Source: the human T2T-CHM13v2.0 reference genome, Homo sapiens
Assembly (NCBI RefSeq): GCF_009914755.1
Contig: NC_060946.1
DNA: 64,000 bases
Strand: one strand, 5' to 3'
The translations under genes and the position numbers were made by a program. A model generated the notes under the pieces. It saw only the letters and a list, made by a program, of their open reading frames with translations. It was not told the DNA's origin and made no database searches. Positions 13,508-28,973 of this stretch are shown here, piece by piece; position 1 is the stretch's first letter; each line of letters opens with the position of its first letter.

Positions 13508-13584
13508 GGGGCCGCGTGAAGACGTGGAAACGGCGCTGGTTCATCCTGACCGACAACTGCCTCTACTACTTCGAGTTCACCACT
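13508..13584 (+). CDS. CYTH4: CYTH4 exon 10 (PH beta1/beta2 loop, [25 protein letters not shown])
   Basis: tgcgcAG acceptor; ACT|GTGAGC donor; 77 nt; phosphoinositide-binding PH signature. Confidence 0.96.
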
Positions 13585-13975
13585 GTGAGCAGGGTTCTCC
13601 TGGGCCTTCCCCTGCCCCCGCCTCTCCCCGCACAACCCACTTCCCAACTCCCACTGAGCAGTCGACTCACACAGCTTTGGATCCTTTGAGATCATTCAGT
13701 CCCCCTCCATGCCCATTTTACAGATGGGGAAAACGGGTACACAGAGGAGGGCCGGGCCAAGGTCCTAGGCAGAGCCCAGGCTTAAAGCTGGGCCTCCTAA
13801 GTTCCGGCCAGAGGTCTTCACATGCTGCTTCTAACTTCCGTCCCCCTATGACTGGACAGTCTCGGAAGATGAGCACGCTCCTCTTTGAGTTTGGGGAACC
13901 CCACACGTTCACACCCTGCCTTGGGCCTCAGGGTTCCGCTTCCTGACCCTGACCTTCCTTCCCCTTTCCCTGTAG

Positions 13976-14047
13976 GACAAGGAGCCACGGGGAATTATAC
14001 CTCTTGAGAACCTCTCGGTGCAGAAGGTGGATGACCCCAAGAAGCCA
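13976..14047 (+). CDS. CYTH4: CYTH4 exon 11 ([24 protein letters not shown])
   Basis: Long pyrimidine tract plus tgtAG acceptor; CCA|GTAGGT donor; 72 nt; not in the ORF track, translated by hand. Confidence 0.95.
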
Positions 14048-14537
14048 GTAGGTGTTCAGGTTGCAGGATCCCGAGGCTGGAGCCACTGGGAAATTTCCTA
14101 AACAGAACGTGGGGAGAGGGCCTGAGGCTGGGCTCTCCAGGAAGCCAGGCTGTGCCCCTTACACCTTCCCTGTGGCTCAGGGCTGCCTTCTCTCCCTCCT
14201 GGGGCCATGGACAGTGAGAAAAGGTCAATGTGGGTCCAAGGACGTGGTTGTCCCCTGTTGTCCCACACAGCCCGACTGGCTGGATGGCCCCGAGTAAGCT
14301 CCACTCCATTCAGAACCTCAGTGAGCCCACATGTCACGTGGGGACTTTAGGGAGGATGGTGGATTCAGGAGCCTGCCACAGAGAGTGCTCAGTGTGGGAG
14401 CAGCAGCTCCTGCCCCTTCGCCTGTCGTAGGGCTGTCATGCTGATCAGGGACACTAGCGTCTGGGCTTCTCTGAGCCTCCCGGAGGGCCCACCCAGCCTC
14501 CCTCTCTTCCCACCCTTGCCTGGCCACCTCCCCACAG

Positions 14538-14692
14538 TTCTGCCTGGAGCTCTACAACCCTAGCTGCCGAGGCCAGAAAATCAAGGCCTGCAAGACCGAT
14601 GGCGACGGCAGGGTGGTGGAGGGCAAGCACGAATCGTACCGCATCTCAGCCACCAGTGCCGAGGAACGTGACCAGTGGATCGAGTCCATCCG
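14538..14692 (+). CDS. CYTH4: CYTH4 exon 12 ([31 protein letters not shown]...WIESIR)
   Basis: ccccacAG acceptor; CG|GTAAGG donor; 155 nt; cytohesin PH insertion motif IKACKT. Confidence 0.96.
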
Positions 14693-15956
14693 GTAAGGGG
14701 TGCCCAGGTCTGGGGACGGCTTCCCGTCACCTTCCAGAAGGCCCTGCTTCTTTTGGGTCTTGCTTCCTTATCTGTAAAGGGGCTAACTCCAGTCTCTCCC
14801 TCCTGTTTCTGGCTGGCAAACCCCTTCCACCCGTATTCCATGGGTACTTTCTGTGTGCCTGGCACCAGGCCAGGCCCCAGGACACAGGGAAAGGAGAGAC
14901 CACCTGCATGGGGTTGGTGGGAGAATAGAGCAAAGAGTTGCACATAAAGTTCTTGCCCCGCCCTTGCCTGGCACGTGGTGAGTGCTCTTGTTGGCATCAC
15001 TATCCAAAGTGGCCTGGGAAGGACCTGGTGGAGGTGGAGGGAAGGGCTTTCCAGATAAACTTCCAGGTAAAAGGACCCGGACCCATGTGGGCAACCAGCA
15101 GGCGGCCTACCTGCACAGCATCCCGGAGTCCGAGTGAGGCTAAGCAGTGTGGGAGCTGAAACTGCTGAGCATGACAAAGCCACAGCCACCGTGGTGAAGA
15201 GCTTCAGTTTCTCCTGGGGCACTGGGGAGCCATAGACTCATAAATAGGGAGGGGTGGCTGGGTGAGGAAAGCCAAAGTGTAGGGACTGGTTCTGTGGTGC
15301 CACCAACAGGAGAGACATGAGGAAGATGCATCTGGTAAAGGGCAAGATGGCAAGCCTGCTCAAGGCTTGACTCTGAGCCAGCCCAAGATATTGGCAAGGG
15401 TGAGGCCTGGTGGCCAGAGGAAGGCTGAAGTGGTTGCTGGGCAGGGGCCGTGTCCCGGGGACTTGCAGGGTCTTTTCCCCTGGGCCTTGTGAGCCTGTGA
15501 GGCTGCCAGGCAGACCCATTCTCACCTCCATCTTACACATGAGGAAACTGAGGCCCAGAGATGGGAGGGACCTGCCCAGGCCACAGAACCAGGGACAGAG
15601 CAGGGTCCAACAGGCAGGTCTGCCAGCTCCACCCCAAGCTCTTCCCATCACCTTCCGAAGGTCGCCAGTGGGAGCCTGGAGAGGGGCCCAGAGACATTTG
15701 GGAGTAGAATTCCCAAGGCTCTCAGCTCCTGATCGGAGGCCTCACCCACTCTGGCCCTGCCCATGGGACACTGGGTTAGGCTTACAAGTCTGGACTTACC
15801 CTGGCACAGCCTTTGTTGGGGCCATCTGGCCTTTCCCCCGCGGCAGAGCAGGCTGACACCTCCCTGGGAATCCCATGCCCCTGATACAAGCCCTGGGAGA
15901 GCAGACCACCTTGACGGCCAGTCCAGCCCTGAAATCTCTCCTCCCACTCATTCTAG

Positions 15957-16029
15957 AGCCAGCATCACCCGTGTCCCCTTCTACGACCTGGTCTCTACTC
16001 GGAAGAAGAAGATTGCCAGCAAGCAGTGA
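15957..16029 (+). CDS. CYTH4: CYTH4 last coding exon (ASITRVPFYDLVSTRKKKIASKQ-stop; C-terminal helix and polybasic region)
   Basis: ttctAG acceptor at 15955-15956; TGA at 16027-16029. Confidence 0.96.
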
Positions 16030-17862
16030 GATTCCTGGAGGTGGCACTGGGGGCTGGTCACCCTGAGAGTCCCATCGCCTGCAGCACCTGGAGACCCACC
16101 TCCCACCCCAGTGCACTCTTTTGGGCCACAGACATCATTGCTGTTCCCCGTTACCTCGAGCTGACTCTAGAGGGGAAGGCAGAGCTCAGGAGGGTGGGTG
16201 GGAGCTGCAGTGGGCTCAGAGTCCAGCAATGAGGCCCCCTGGCCTGGGCACCCAGCTGCAGGCCCCTGCCCTACGTGCACTACAGGAAGGGGTGAGGAGA
16301 GCAGCCAGAGGAAAACCAGCCCCAGAATGCTGCAACTTCTCTTCTCTCTGGACTTCGGTGTCCTCGGCTCTGAAGGCGCTCTCTGCACTTAGATGCTGTC
16401 AGCCCTCAACGTAGGAGGGGCCGTGGGGTCCCTAAGTGATTCTTCTCCCTGGCAAGGCTCTTCCTTTTCAGGGATATCTCTGCCAACCCTTCCCCTGTCC
16501 TCGGGTTGGGCTTGGCCCTCTCTGCCTGAGAGAGCTCAGCACACACACAGCTCAGACCCACGGACAGGACCCCGGGACAGAACCCCGGGAGCACTGCCCT
16601 AGGAGCCTGGACCCCACGAGCTCAGTCCCAGCTCTGCCTCTGACTCGCTGTGTACCCTCTGCCAAGTCATGCCCATTCTCTAGTTCTTGCAAAACTGCAG
16701 TGTTTGGACTAGAAACGTATTGGCCCCTGCTAGCCCTGTGCTCCAGCTTCCAGCTGGAGATGGCAGCCGTTATTTGCGGAGCCCAGGCTGACTCCGGATT
16801 CAACGTTGCTGGGGAGAGAAAAGCAGTATAGACTCCACCTTCCAGGATGTCCATTTCGGGGAGAGGAGCAGGTGGGACCCTCAAGAAAATGACGGAGAAC
16901 ATCCCAGACAGATGGGACTCAAGCAGGATGGGTGCTATATCCAAGAAGCCAAGAAGGGAGAGTTTCGTGCACTGTGGTTAACAGGAGGGCCGCCTGGAGG
17001 CAGTGGCTGAGCCAGAAAGTAACACAGAGCTCATGCTTGGAGAGATAGAGTCTTGGCCATGGCTTTCCTGCAAGACCACTGACGAGCAGTCCCATGGTGA
17101 TAAAGGGCAGCCCGGCGGGTCCCAGCATCTCGAGACCCTCTGCAGAAGTATTATCAGAGTAGAGCTGACTTCCAGTACCCGGGCAGCCAGCTCTGTCTCC
17201 AGGGAGGCCTGGCCTGGAGGAGGAGTCCACTAACAGGAAACACTTCTCACCCCCTCACACAGGCCCAGGGGAGCCCCTGGAGGGAAATTCCTTGGCAGGG
17301 GAACAGGAAATGTGGTCGCCTCTGCCCCACTGCCAGCCTGAGTGGGCAAGGAAGCAGGTGGATCCCCCAGAAGGAACCGCAGCTCGCGAGGCACCTCTCC
17401 TCGTCCCCACCCACCCCCACATTTGCACACCTTCCACAGGGTCAGGATGGAGTAGCTGCCTTGCGAGGTGGTGAGACTCCTGTCTCTGGAGGTCTGCAAG
17501 CACTGGTAGTGATATTGCAGCAGACAAGGTCTGGGTTGGGCGTCTGCAGGAGGAGACCTTGTGGGACATCTGAGGACATCCGCAGATTCTTGTCAGCCTG
17601 TGAACTAGGCCCTGCCTCTGTCACCTCATTGGTCCATGAAGGAGCAGCCAGGGGTGGTGGAAGGAGCACTGGGCTAGGGGTCAGGGGTCAGAGATTCTGT
17701 CCTGCTCCTGGGATGCACTGGCTACTCCCTTAGTCTACTCCCTTCCCCTCTCTGGTCCTCAGCTTCCTCCATCATGGAGGAGATGGGATCATGGATTTTC
17801 TGGGCATAAGTGGCTGTTCTGGGAGTCATTCCAAAGAGAGAATAAAACTCCTGATCCAACTC
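16030..17862 (+). other. CYTH4: CYTH4 3' UTR (~1.8 kb; end approximate)
   Basis: Runs from the stop codon to ~15-20 nt past the first canonical AATAAA I could find. Confidence 0.8.
17841..17846 (+). terminator. Polyadenylation signal AATAAA of CYTH4
   Basis: gagagAATAAAactc followed by a GT/T-rich downstream region (gtgagtgggctctgtcctctctgtg). Confidence 0.85.
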
Positions 17863-18155
17863 GTGAGTGGGCTCTGTCCTCTCTGTGACTGCGGCTGCCA
17901 CCTTGACCCCACCGGGCCCTCCACCTCCGTCCCTTTCCCAGTGGAGGGCAGGAGGGCCAGGCAGGGAGGCTGGTCACTCAGAGGGCCCTACGACCCCATC
18001 CCCGGAACACTGGCACAGGAGCCATCCCCAGGGGCTGGACAGCCAATGGGGCTTCCACAGAGCAGGTGCAGGCAAGCTGGTTCTGACAAGCCCAGGGAAA
18101 GGCAAAAGGACTTTCCAGCAGGCAATGCTGTCTAACGATAGAAAGAGCCGCTGCC

Positions 18156-18925
<770 letters not shown>

Positions 18926-21900
18926 TTATTTGTACATCCCACAAATGTTTATGGAGCACCTACGTTGTGCCAGGCACTGTCCCAGACACTGGTACAACAA
19001 GGCCGAATCCCTGCCTGCATGGGGCTCACATCCCTGCAGTACTGAACACACGCTGTTCCAGAGGACGCAGAGCAGGCAGTGGAGGGCTGGGCTGGGCTGG
19101 GCTGGGCAGAGGGCAATCCGGGGAGGCTTCTCTGAGGAGGGTGCTCAAGTATTGGCAGCCAGGCTGGGGACAGGACACGCACCTGATAATGCAGTGAGCT
19201 CACTTCATGTCTGCCCCACACTGAACTGTGAGCTCCTTGTGGGCCAGACCTTGCACATACTCAGAGTGCCCAGCACACAATAGGTGCACAATAACTGCTA
19301 GTTCACCTGAAGTTAACTGATAAAAGGCCCTCTGGGTCTCAGCATCAGCAGGTGCAAATGTCCAGAGGCCTAGAGAGCTATGAGAACGTTGGTGCCTCCA
19401 GGAGATGCAGGAGTACCTGGAGAGGCCACATCACAAGCCAGGAGCATGGAGAGCTGGGCTCTGACTCACTGGCCCCCTGAGTCTCTCCAGGGCATGTCTG
19501 CTCACCTTCCTGCCATTCTGCCACTCCTCACTCTGGTCAGCAGGGGGCTCCCACCACACGTGGATAAGAGGTTTCAACGCTGCAGTCAGAATGGCTGGAC
19601 TGGCTGCACAGGGCTGGACAGGGCTGGACGGGGCTGGACAGGGCTGACTGGCTGTCCCTTGCAGGGACGGGGTCTCTGTCCGGAGTAGAGCCCTGGCCTG
19701 GACATCCTAAAGGGGGAGGCATCTGGTCTATCCGGGCCCAAGGGCTCGAGCAGCCCAGTAGACACCCATGGACACAAACAAGCATGGGCCTCCCCGCCAC
19801 TCGTGCTGGGCACAGTCACCCCTGCTGGGGCTGGCATTGGGCCTGGCACTGGGAGATTCGCGCACTCTTGCTTTCTGGCTGTGGGGCCCCGAACGAGTTG
19901 CTTACCCTCTCTGGTTGGAATTTTCCTCCCTGAGAGGTTGGGCCAGGTGAGTTCCATGATGCAAACCTTGAAGGGAGACTTCCACATGCAACAGGCACCG
20001 CTGCAACACAGCTCCTGCCCTGGAAGGGATGGCGGGGGAGGAAGATGAGCAGGTACCACGAAAGCCATTACTGTGTCAGGGCACGGGGCGGGGGGGTGAC
20101 GCAGCCGTCAGAGCCACCCAGAGGGCCATGGTGAAGGCTCACCTCTACCCTGTGTCTTAAGCAGGTTTCCTAAGCTCTCTGAGCCTCAGGTTTCCCATCT
20201 ATAAAATGGAAATAATTAAATATATGTAAAATGCTAACAACAGCGTTAGGCAGCTCCTGGGACGTTACATGCTACTATTATTATGATCACAAGGCAGACT
20301 GTGGGCATGCATTCATGGAGCTACAAAAACATGGAATTGGGGCCATTTGAGGGGGAAAGATTCATGTGGGCAGTGGGGTAGTGGGGGAGATCTGGGAAGA
20401 CTTCTTGGAAGAGGTGTGCTCAGGAAAGATAAGCCAAGTGGAGGTCTGAGCCTTCCAGCCAGTGGGGCCAGTAGGAGACAGGACAAGGAGGGCAGGTCGA
20501 GGCAAGGTATTTCTGGAACTCCCCTGGGCCCCAAACACAAGCCCCAGTGAGTCAAAAGAATGCAAGGTTGAGGGAGGCTGGGTGCTGGCTGGGACTGAGC
20601 TGCGTGCACAGTGCAGGATCCTTGCAGCTCTGGGGCTGCAGCTTTGGCCGCATGAAGCTCTGAGGGGGCATTCAGTAATGTGGCTGCTGAACGGAGACAT
20701 CCCAGCCTGAGGGAGGACTAGCTTGGCACAGAAGGCTCTGGGTTGGAATAGGCCAGGGCAGCGGGGCTTGGAGAAGGCAGAGTGGGCCCCTGCCAGGTAC
20801 CTGGGGAGGAGGAGCCCCTCCATCTTGAAGCCTGGCACACAGAGCTGCCAGGGGACAGGAGATGGGGGCAGGCAGCCCGAGTCGAGTGGCAGGTATGAAA
20901 GACCTGGAGAAATTGATTTATTAGGGACATAAAAGGAGCTAAATATGTTTGCCGGCTCAGTGATGACTCAGGCCTTCCCCAGGGGTCTGCAAGTGTGAGC
21001 ATCAAAGACAGGCCTGCTCCCACCAGGACACTGCAGGCTCCAGACCCTCCTTCCCTTCAATGGGAGGACCACCTCCTACCCCAAGTGTCCTGAGAGCCTG
21101 GCCTCTGAGGGGCACCAGAGACCCAGCCACTCACTCCTGCATGCCTCCCAACTCTCCAGACTGCACCCAGAATGGCTGAAGAATGAAGCCAGAGAGTGAC
21201 ACACATCTGGGTCAAAATCCTGGCCTTGCCCCAAACTGCCATGTGATCCTGGCCCAGTGGGGACCCTCTCTGGACCGTCCCCGCGAGCCAGCCCCACCTC
21301 CCTCCCTGTCTGGCAATGTTGTCCCATCCCTTTTGGCTTCTTCCTGACAGCACAGCCTCCTCTGCCCAAGATCCAACAACCACCCTCCAGGAGAAAAGCC
21401 AGACTCCACAGGGCCTCGTTGGGGAGAACATGCTCTTCCCGTGGTGGTTCCAGGCCGGGCGCTGGGCTCTGGAGAAACGTGGGCGAATCTGGTCTGCAGG
21501 CAGGGCCGGCGGAGGAGGATGAAGTGACCTCGCTATGGGGACAGCGTTGGGAGCGACGGTAAGGATGAGGGAAGAGGAGCTGTGGGGCCTGGGGAGACTG
21601 GAGCACGGAGCCCCCACACAGGAGTTTGGCACATTTGAGAAGCGGTGAATTCTTTGGTGGGCCTGGAGGAGGCCTGCCTAGAACAGCTGGACTTGGAATG
21701 CAACAGAAGCGGAGACACACTGGCCAGCCTGCGTGGGTGACTTTACCAGGACGGTGACGGGGAGCCAGGAAAGGGTTCAAAGCAGGAGAGAGACGGCTGG
21801 AAGCCGTCTGGGGATAGCCCCTAGGATCGACCACTCAAGGGATGGATTAAGGAGGCTAGGTGGGCCACAGGGGGCTGGAGGAGGTGAGGGAGGAACAGAG

Positions 21901-23920
21901 CGGTCGCTGGACAGGAGGAAAGAGGCTTGATGGGCCTCCGGGGCTAAGACTTGTGGGAGGTGACAGCATTCCCCGAAACAGCCCAGCGAAGGGCAGGTGT
22001 GGGGAAGGAGTCGGGCAGAGGGGAGGTGAACAGGTCACACTGCGTCAGAGGGGCAGCAGGACCTCCCCGTGGACACCTTCAGCTGCGAGTTAGACAAGAG
22101 TCCTGGGCTCAGCAGAAAGCCCTTCCCACCTCCTCTTCCGCACCCTCTCACCCTCTTATCTCCTCCTCCTCTCCCCACTCCCACCTCTCCCACTTGCCCC
22201 TCCCTCCCCTGTCTGCCCGATTCCGCCCCCTCCCCTTTCTTGGCCATTTAGTCTTGGCTCAGTGGTGTGTACTGGCAGGCACCTGGGTCCTGGGGTCCAC
22301 CTGCAGGCCTGGGTTCCAATCCCAGTGTGTGGGTTCTTAACAGCACGTGACCCTCAAAAGTAACCCACAAAGACCCAGGTTTGCCCTGGACACCCCGGCC
22401 CACCCCCACCATGCCCAGCATCAGTATGTCATGGCCAAAGCCGCCAACCATGGAGCACTCGCTAAGGCCAGCGCCTCCCACTACATGCTGTCTTCCAACC
22501 TTCCAGCACTCCCTAAGCAGGCGTGACTATCCCCATTTTACAGAGAAGGGCCCTCAGGCGCACTCTGGCCCAGCCAAGAAGGACCTGAGCCGGCATGGAA
22601 CCGGCGCCATCTGATCTGAAACCTGTGTCAGGGCGACCACAAACTCATCATCCATAATAGCCCTTCCTATGAGTGCTGGAATCTGGATTCCAGGGGACGC
22701 CAGGACAACAGGCAGAAACCAGGACTGCTCCAGGCACCCCAAGACATAGGGTCACGGTAGAGATCAGACATATCCACAAGGTGCAGCAAGGAACTGGGGT
22801 CATTCTGGGTGGCCCTGTGGACTGGAAGAGTTGTGCCCCGTGGCTGCTTTATCCTGGAGAAGGAAAGGACAGCTGTTTCCTCCGGAGCAGATGGGGTTCA
22901 GCCACCAATTCACCCAGCGAACTTTTCTCCACGGTGAGTCTCCCCAAGTCCTACCCCAAAGTGGCACCGTGTGGACTGACACTGGATTGGGTAAACCTGG
23001 TCTACTGCACGCCGTCAGCAGATATTAGCTGTCACTGTTATATTCTTGATGGAGTCTCCCTCGAGAGGGCTGAGTTCAAGGACTCTGAACAGGACAGAAC
23101 CATGGAAGGCAATGGGGGCTGTCCATGCCATCCTGCCAGCTCTCCTCCTGCAGGAAGCCCTCCCTGACCACCCCTGTCCCCGGGGCTACTTTAAGACTCC
23201 AGAGGTTTCACCATTTGGCTTTTGGTGGGCTGGCTTCGTGGTCTGGGGTTGCCAGGCTCAAAGTTTTTGTTCGGCTGCTGAACACCAAGGCCTACAAGCC
23301 CTCTCCTTTTCCATCCCTCTCAGCTTCTGTACGGGGGCCTCCAGCCCCATCCAGAAATGCCCTGGCCTAAAAAAGCACCCTGCCTGTTCTTCCATGATGA
23401 AATCAAAGGTCACAGACATTCAGGCACACGCCCTAAGTCACCCAGCACGGAGGCTCCATGAAGAAGACCGAGGCAGAAGGCGCCGGCATTTGTAGAACAT
23501 ACTTCATCTCATCTGATCCTCCCAGGAGCCCACAAGGTAAACAGGATTATTCCCATTTAACAGATGAGGACGTGGAGGCTCAGAGAGCTTGTGACTTGCC
23601 CAGAGTCACACGACCAGGAACAGGCATCTGATCCAATTGCTAAGGCCAGGAGGAGCCACCAGCTAGAAGGCTCCAGCAGAAGGGCAGGATTAATTCTGTG
23701 ACCTTTCCAGTCCCTGTGATCCTTTGAGGCTAAAGCTTAACTCTTCTCTTTCTCCCTCCCCCAAGGGATTTTCAGTTCATAAATAAGAGCCCAGAGGGGA
23801 CCAACCTTTGATCCAAAGAAATGATTTTTTCAGAAAATGTCCCCCATTTAAAAATTAATAAAACATGCTCATTGCAGAAAATTGGAAAGCGCAATGAAGA
23901 GGAAGAAAAACTTAGACCAA

Positions 23921-24678
<758 letters not shown>

Positions 24679-24729
24679 TAACACTTAAGCCTTAAAACTA
24701 TGAAATCCGGATGTCCACGTGTATACCAG

Positions 24730-25060
24730 CCAGGACAGGTTAGGTTACACTGTGGCAACAAATATCCCCAAATCTCAGTGGCTTCACACACCACAAGAGG
24801 TTATGTCTTGCTCACACCCTATGCCCTGGGATTGCAGGGTAGGGATCGGCATGGAGTCTCTGCTTATCATAGTCACTCAGGGACCTAGGCTGAGGAGGTG
24901 CCATCCTGGCATGAATTGCCAGGAGCGCTGTCTGGATGTGACATGCCACTTCCGCTCACATTGCATTGGCCAAAACATGTCACATAGCTACCTCACTGCA
25001 AGGCCAGATGAAATACCATCCTACCACCGGCCATGCAACATGGGAGGACAGTAATACTTG
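24730..25060. mobile_element. MaLR (MLT1-type) LTR remnant
   Basis: taggttacactgtggcaacaaat...aaatctcagtggctt resembles the MLT1 terminus. Confidence 0.5.
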
Positions 25061-25665
25061 GGGTGTGGCACTAGTGCCGATTATAGCTAGGGTGACCAAT
25101 TGTCCCCATTTTCTCAGGACCAAGGAGTTTTCCAAAATGCCGGCCTTCTTGTGCTAAAATTGGGAAAGTCCTGGGCAACCCAGGAGGACTTGTCTGCTCC
25201 TATTGTACCACGTTGTGCGGTCTTTACACACTCACTTTTCAAAACTGCACAGCAGCCATCTTTTAGATGAACCAAGGTTTCTCTCCCCAGTCCCCTATTG
25301 CTGGAGACTCAGACTGTTTCCAGTATTCCATGTTTATAAATACATTGTCTTAAATACCTCCATGGATAAAACCATGTCTACTTCTCAGTGGCTTCTCAGA
25401 GGTGCCATTGGTGGCCGTTTACAGGCTCACAATACCTGTTATCCATAGGTAATTCAAAAAGGTTGAAACAATACAACTTGCCTTCTGCAGCGAAAGCACG
25501 TACCTGCTTTCCTTACCTTCTCCTGGAGCCCAGAGCAGTCATTCTCTAATTGTAGCCTCCAGCTCACCTGGAGAGCTCCTTAAAACAGATTGCTGGTCCC
25601 TAGCGCCAGAGTTTCTGATCCACGGGGGCTGGGATGAAGCCTAACCTTTGCGTTTTTGTGTGTGT

Positions 25666-25989
<324 letters not shown>

Positions 25990-27019
25990 AGATGCCACCA
26001 CTTTGCCACCGAACAGGTGACCCTGCTCAGCTACTCACCAGAGGTCTAACCTGGAGCAAATTATGCAATTAGCCTCTCTTAGCCTAGGTTCCTATCTGTG
26101 AATTGGAGCAGTTGGGAGGATGGACTACCAGGGTAACCATGAGTTCAGTTAAAAATAGTTACAGTTATTCAGCGGTAAATTAAATAACTTTATGTTTTAA
26201 AATATTTGTGAGTTTGAATGGAACTGCATTGATTAACATTTGTATTCCTTTCATATCTGAGTGGGAATGGACTTTCTCCCTGTGAGGGTTAAGCATTTGT
26301 GTTTCCTTTCTAGTGTGAATCATCGCTCCTGCCCTTTGCCCATTCACCTGCAGGTTTCTCTGCCTTTCCTCTCCGTCTGCCTGGGATCATTACAGAGCAA
26401 AGATAAACCCCCATGGCCGTTCTTGATTGCTAGAGATTTTTCCAAAGCTGTTGCTCACCTGTCTGCTGGGGCCATTTTTCTGGCTTACAAAGTGGCCGAA
26501 TCCATCTGACTTTCCCATTTTTATTTTCTCTATCACTTTTAAGCTTAGATTGGAGCCCTTCTCCAGAATGTGACAATATAAAGGAAATGGATTTTGAATG
26601 ATGAGATTTCCTGCACCTTGAGGGGTGGTGGGGGTGGGGGATCCTGGCTCAACTCAAACCCTGTGGTGGTGATAGAAGGCATAGTCAGAAACCAAGAGCC
26701 CCTCAGCACCAGGACAACCCACCACCCTCAGCTCTCCTCGACATTAGCCACGCTGTCTCTCTCCCCATTTGCAGAGTCCCCCCGCAGAGAGGCACAGGGC
26801 AGGCCAGAGCTGGATGCGCGGCTGGAAGGTCAAAGGCATCATCCTCAGGTTGGAGACAGGATGACCGAAGGTGTAAGAACTGGCCAGAGGAGTTGGACAA
26901 CTCCCAGCTCAGGTCTCTCCTCGACTGCTTTGGCCGTGTGAGCTTTGCCTCTCTGGGTCTCTGTTGTCTCATCCATAAAATGGGCCTGACCATGCCCAAG
27001 TCAACGGAAGGATTTAAAT

Positions 27020-27830
27020 AGATCAGCGCCCTGAGGTCGGTGCTGGACGCCGAGTACACGCGCCCAGTACACAGGGCTTGAGCTCATTACACGCCCCAGT
27101 TCTGTTCCTGGGGTGGTGGCGTGAACCCCACTGCCTTTGCCTTTAATTGCACTGAAAATATCCAGCACCGCTGATATCAAGGGCCCAGGTCCCGGCGGAA
27201 ATGAACTCCCAGACTTGGGCGCCCAGGTTTCCGTGCGCGACCCCAGCCCCTCCGGCTGCAGCTCAGCCCATCGGCCCTGCGCGGGAACAGTGTCACCCGG
27301 GCACCCGGGCCAGAACAGGCCACGCGTGTCCCAGGAGCGCGGGAAGCTCCCACGCCCCCTCCCCCGCACCGCTCCTTTGGCTGGCAGAGCGGGTCCTCAG
27401 CGCGTCTCAGCCGCACCAAGCGCCTCCCGCTCCCGCGCCACCCGGGCGCGCTGCTGGGGCCTGATTTCCATAATAATCAGCCAGAGATCTCCCGAAAAGG
27501 CTGGGAGCGGCCGCCGCCGCCCACCGGGGAAGCTCCCGAGGGTGGGCGCCCCCCTTCCCACCCTCCCTGCCGCCGCCGGGAGGGAGCCTCGTTTTTAAAA
27601 GCTTTCGAGAAACCGTCCGTGCGCAGGAGGCAGCTGGGAGACACCCAGGATGTCGTTCTCCGCATTAAGGAGGGGGACGGCGGTGGGGGAGGTGGGAGAG
27701 GCCGCGGCGCAGGTGTAGACCAGGCTCAGAGGCAAGGAGGGGAGGAGGGAAACTGAGGCAGCCGCGGGGTGGGGAGACGTTTCAAGGTATATTCTCACTG
27801 CAGCCTCACGGCGACCCTGCGGGTGAGTTA
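27020..27830. promoter_or_regulatory. Orphan CpG-rich island 1
   Basis: High GC with dense CpG (cgcg, gccgccgccg) outside any recognisable repeat or coding exon. Confidence 0.7.
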
Positions 27831-28121
27831 TCTGCTATGCCCCACTTTACAGGTGGGGAAACTGAGGCCTAGAGAGGTTTCCAGTCTTCCAAGCTGGCAA
27901 GTGGCTGGGCGGGGACCCTTTTCCGAGTTGGGGGATTCAGATCCCCTGGCCTGCCCGGCACACTGCCTCCTGCCCAAAATGGGCAGCGTAGAAGCAGGAT
28001 GCTCTGTGCATCCCAAGATGGGAGAACCAACCCGAAAGGGAAAGACCAGGGGGCTGAGGTCCGGCACACACTTGGAGCTGATCTGGTCCAGAAGCCCGTG
28101 GGCTCGCAGAACCTAGTTTGA

Positions 28122-28831
<710 letters not shown>

Positions 28832-28973
28832 GCAATAATGGGGCAACGATGAAGCCTCTACGCCTCGGTTTTCTCACCTGGACAGATGGGAATGCCATTA
28901 AGTGAGGATGAAGTGAAGGCTGGGAAAGCCCTGAGCACAGTTGGCAGCACCCATCTTAGAAATGCCTTTGACC

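Noticed and set aside
13200-13946. 248-aa ORF overlapping exon 10
   Set aside because: Different frame from CYTH4, mostly intronic GC-rich sequence, no homology that I recognise
16552-16571. RE1/REST-like TCAGACCCACGGACAGGACC in the 3' UTR (also a half-match at ~26703)
   Set aside because: Mismatches in the core CAGCACC half, or wrong spacer; insufficient support
19083-19650. GGGCT pentamer runs resembling Ig switch repeats
   Set aside because: Only a few units; consistent with ordinary GC-rich slippage
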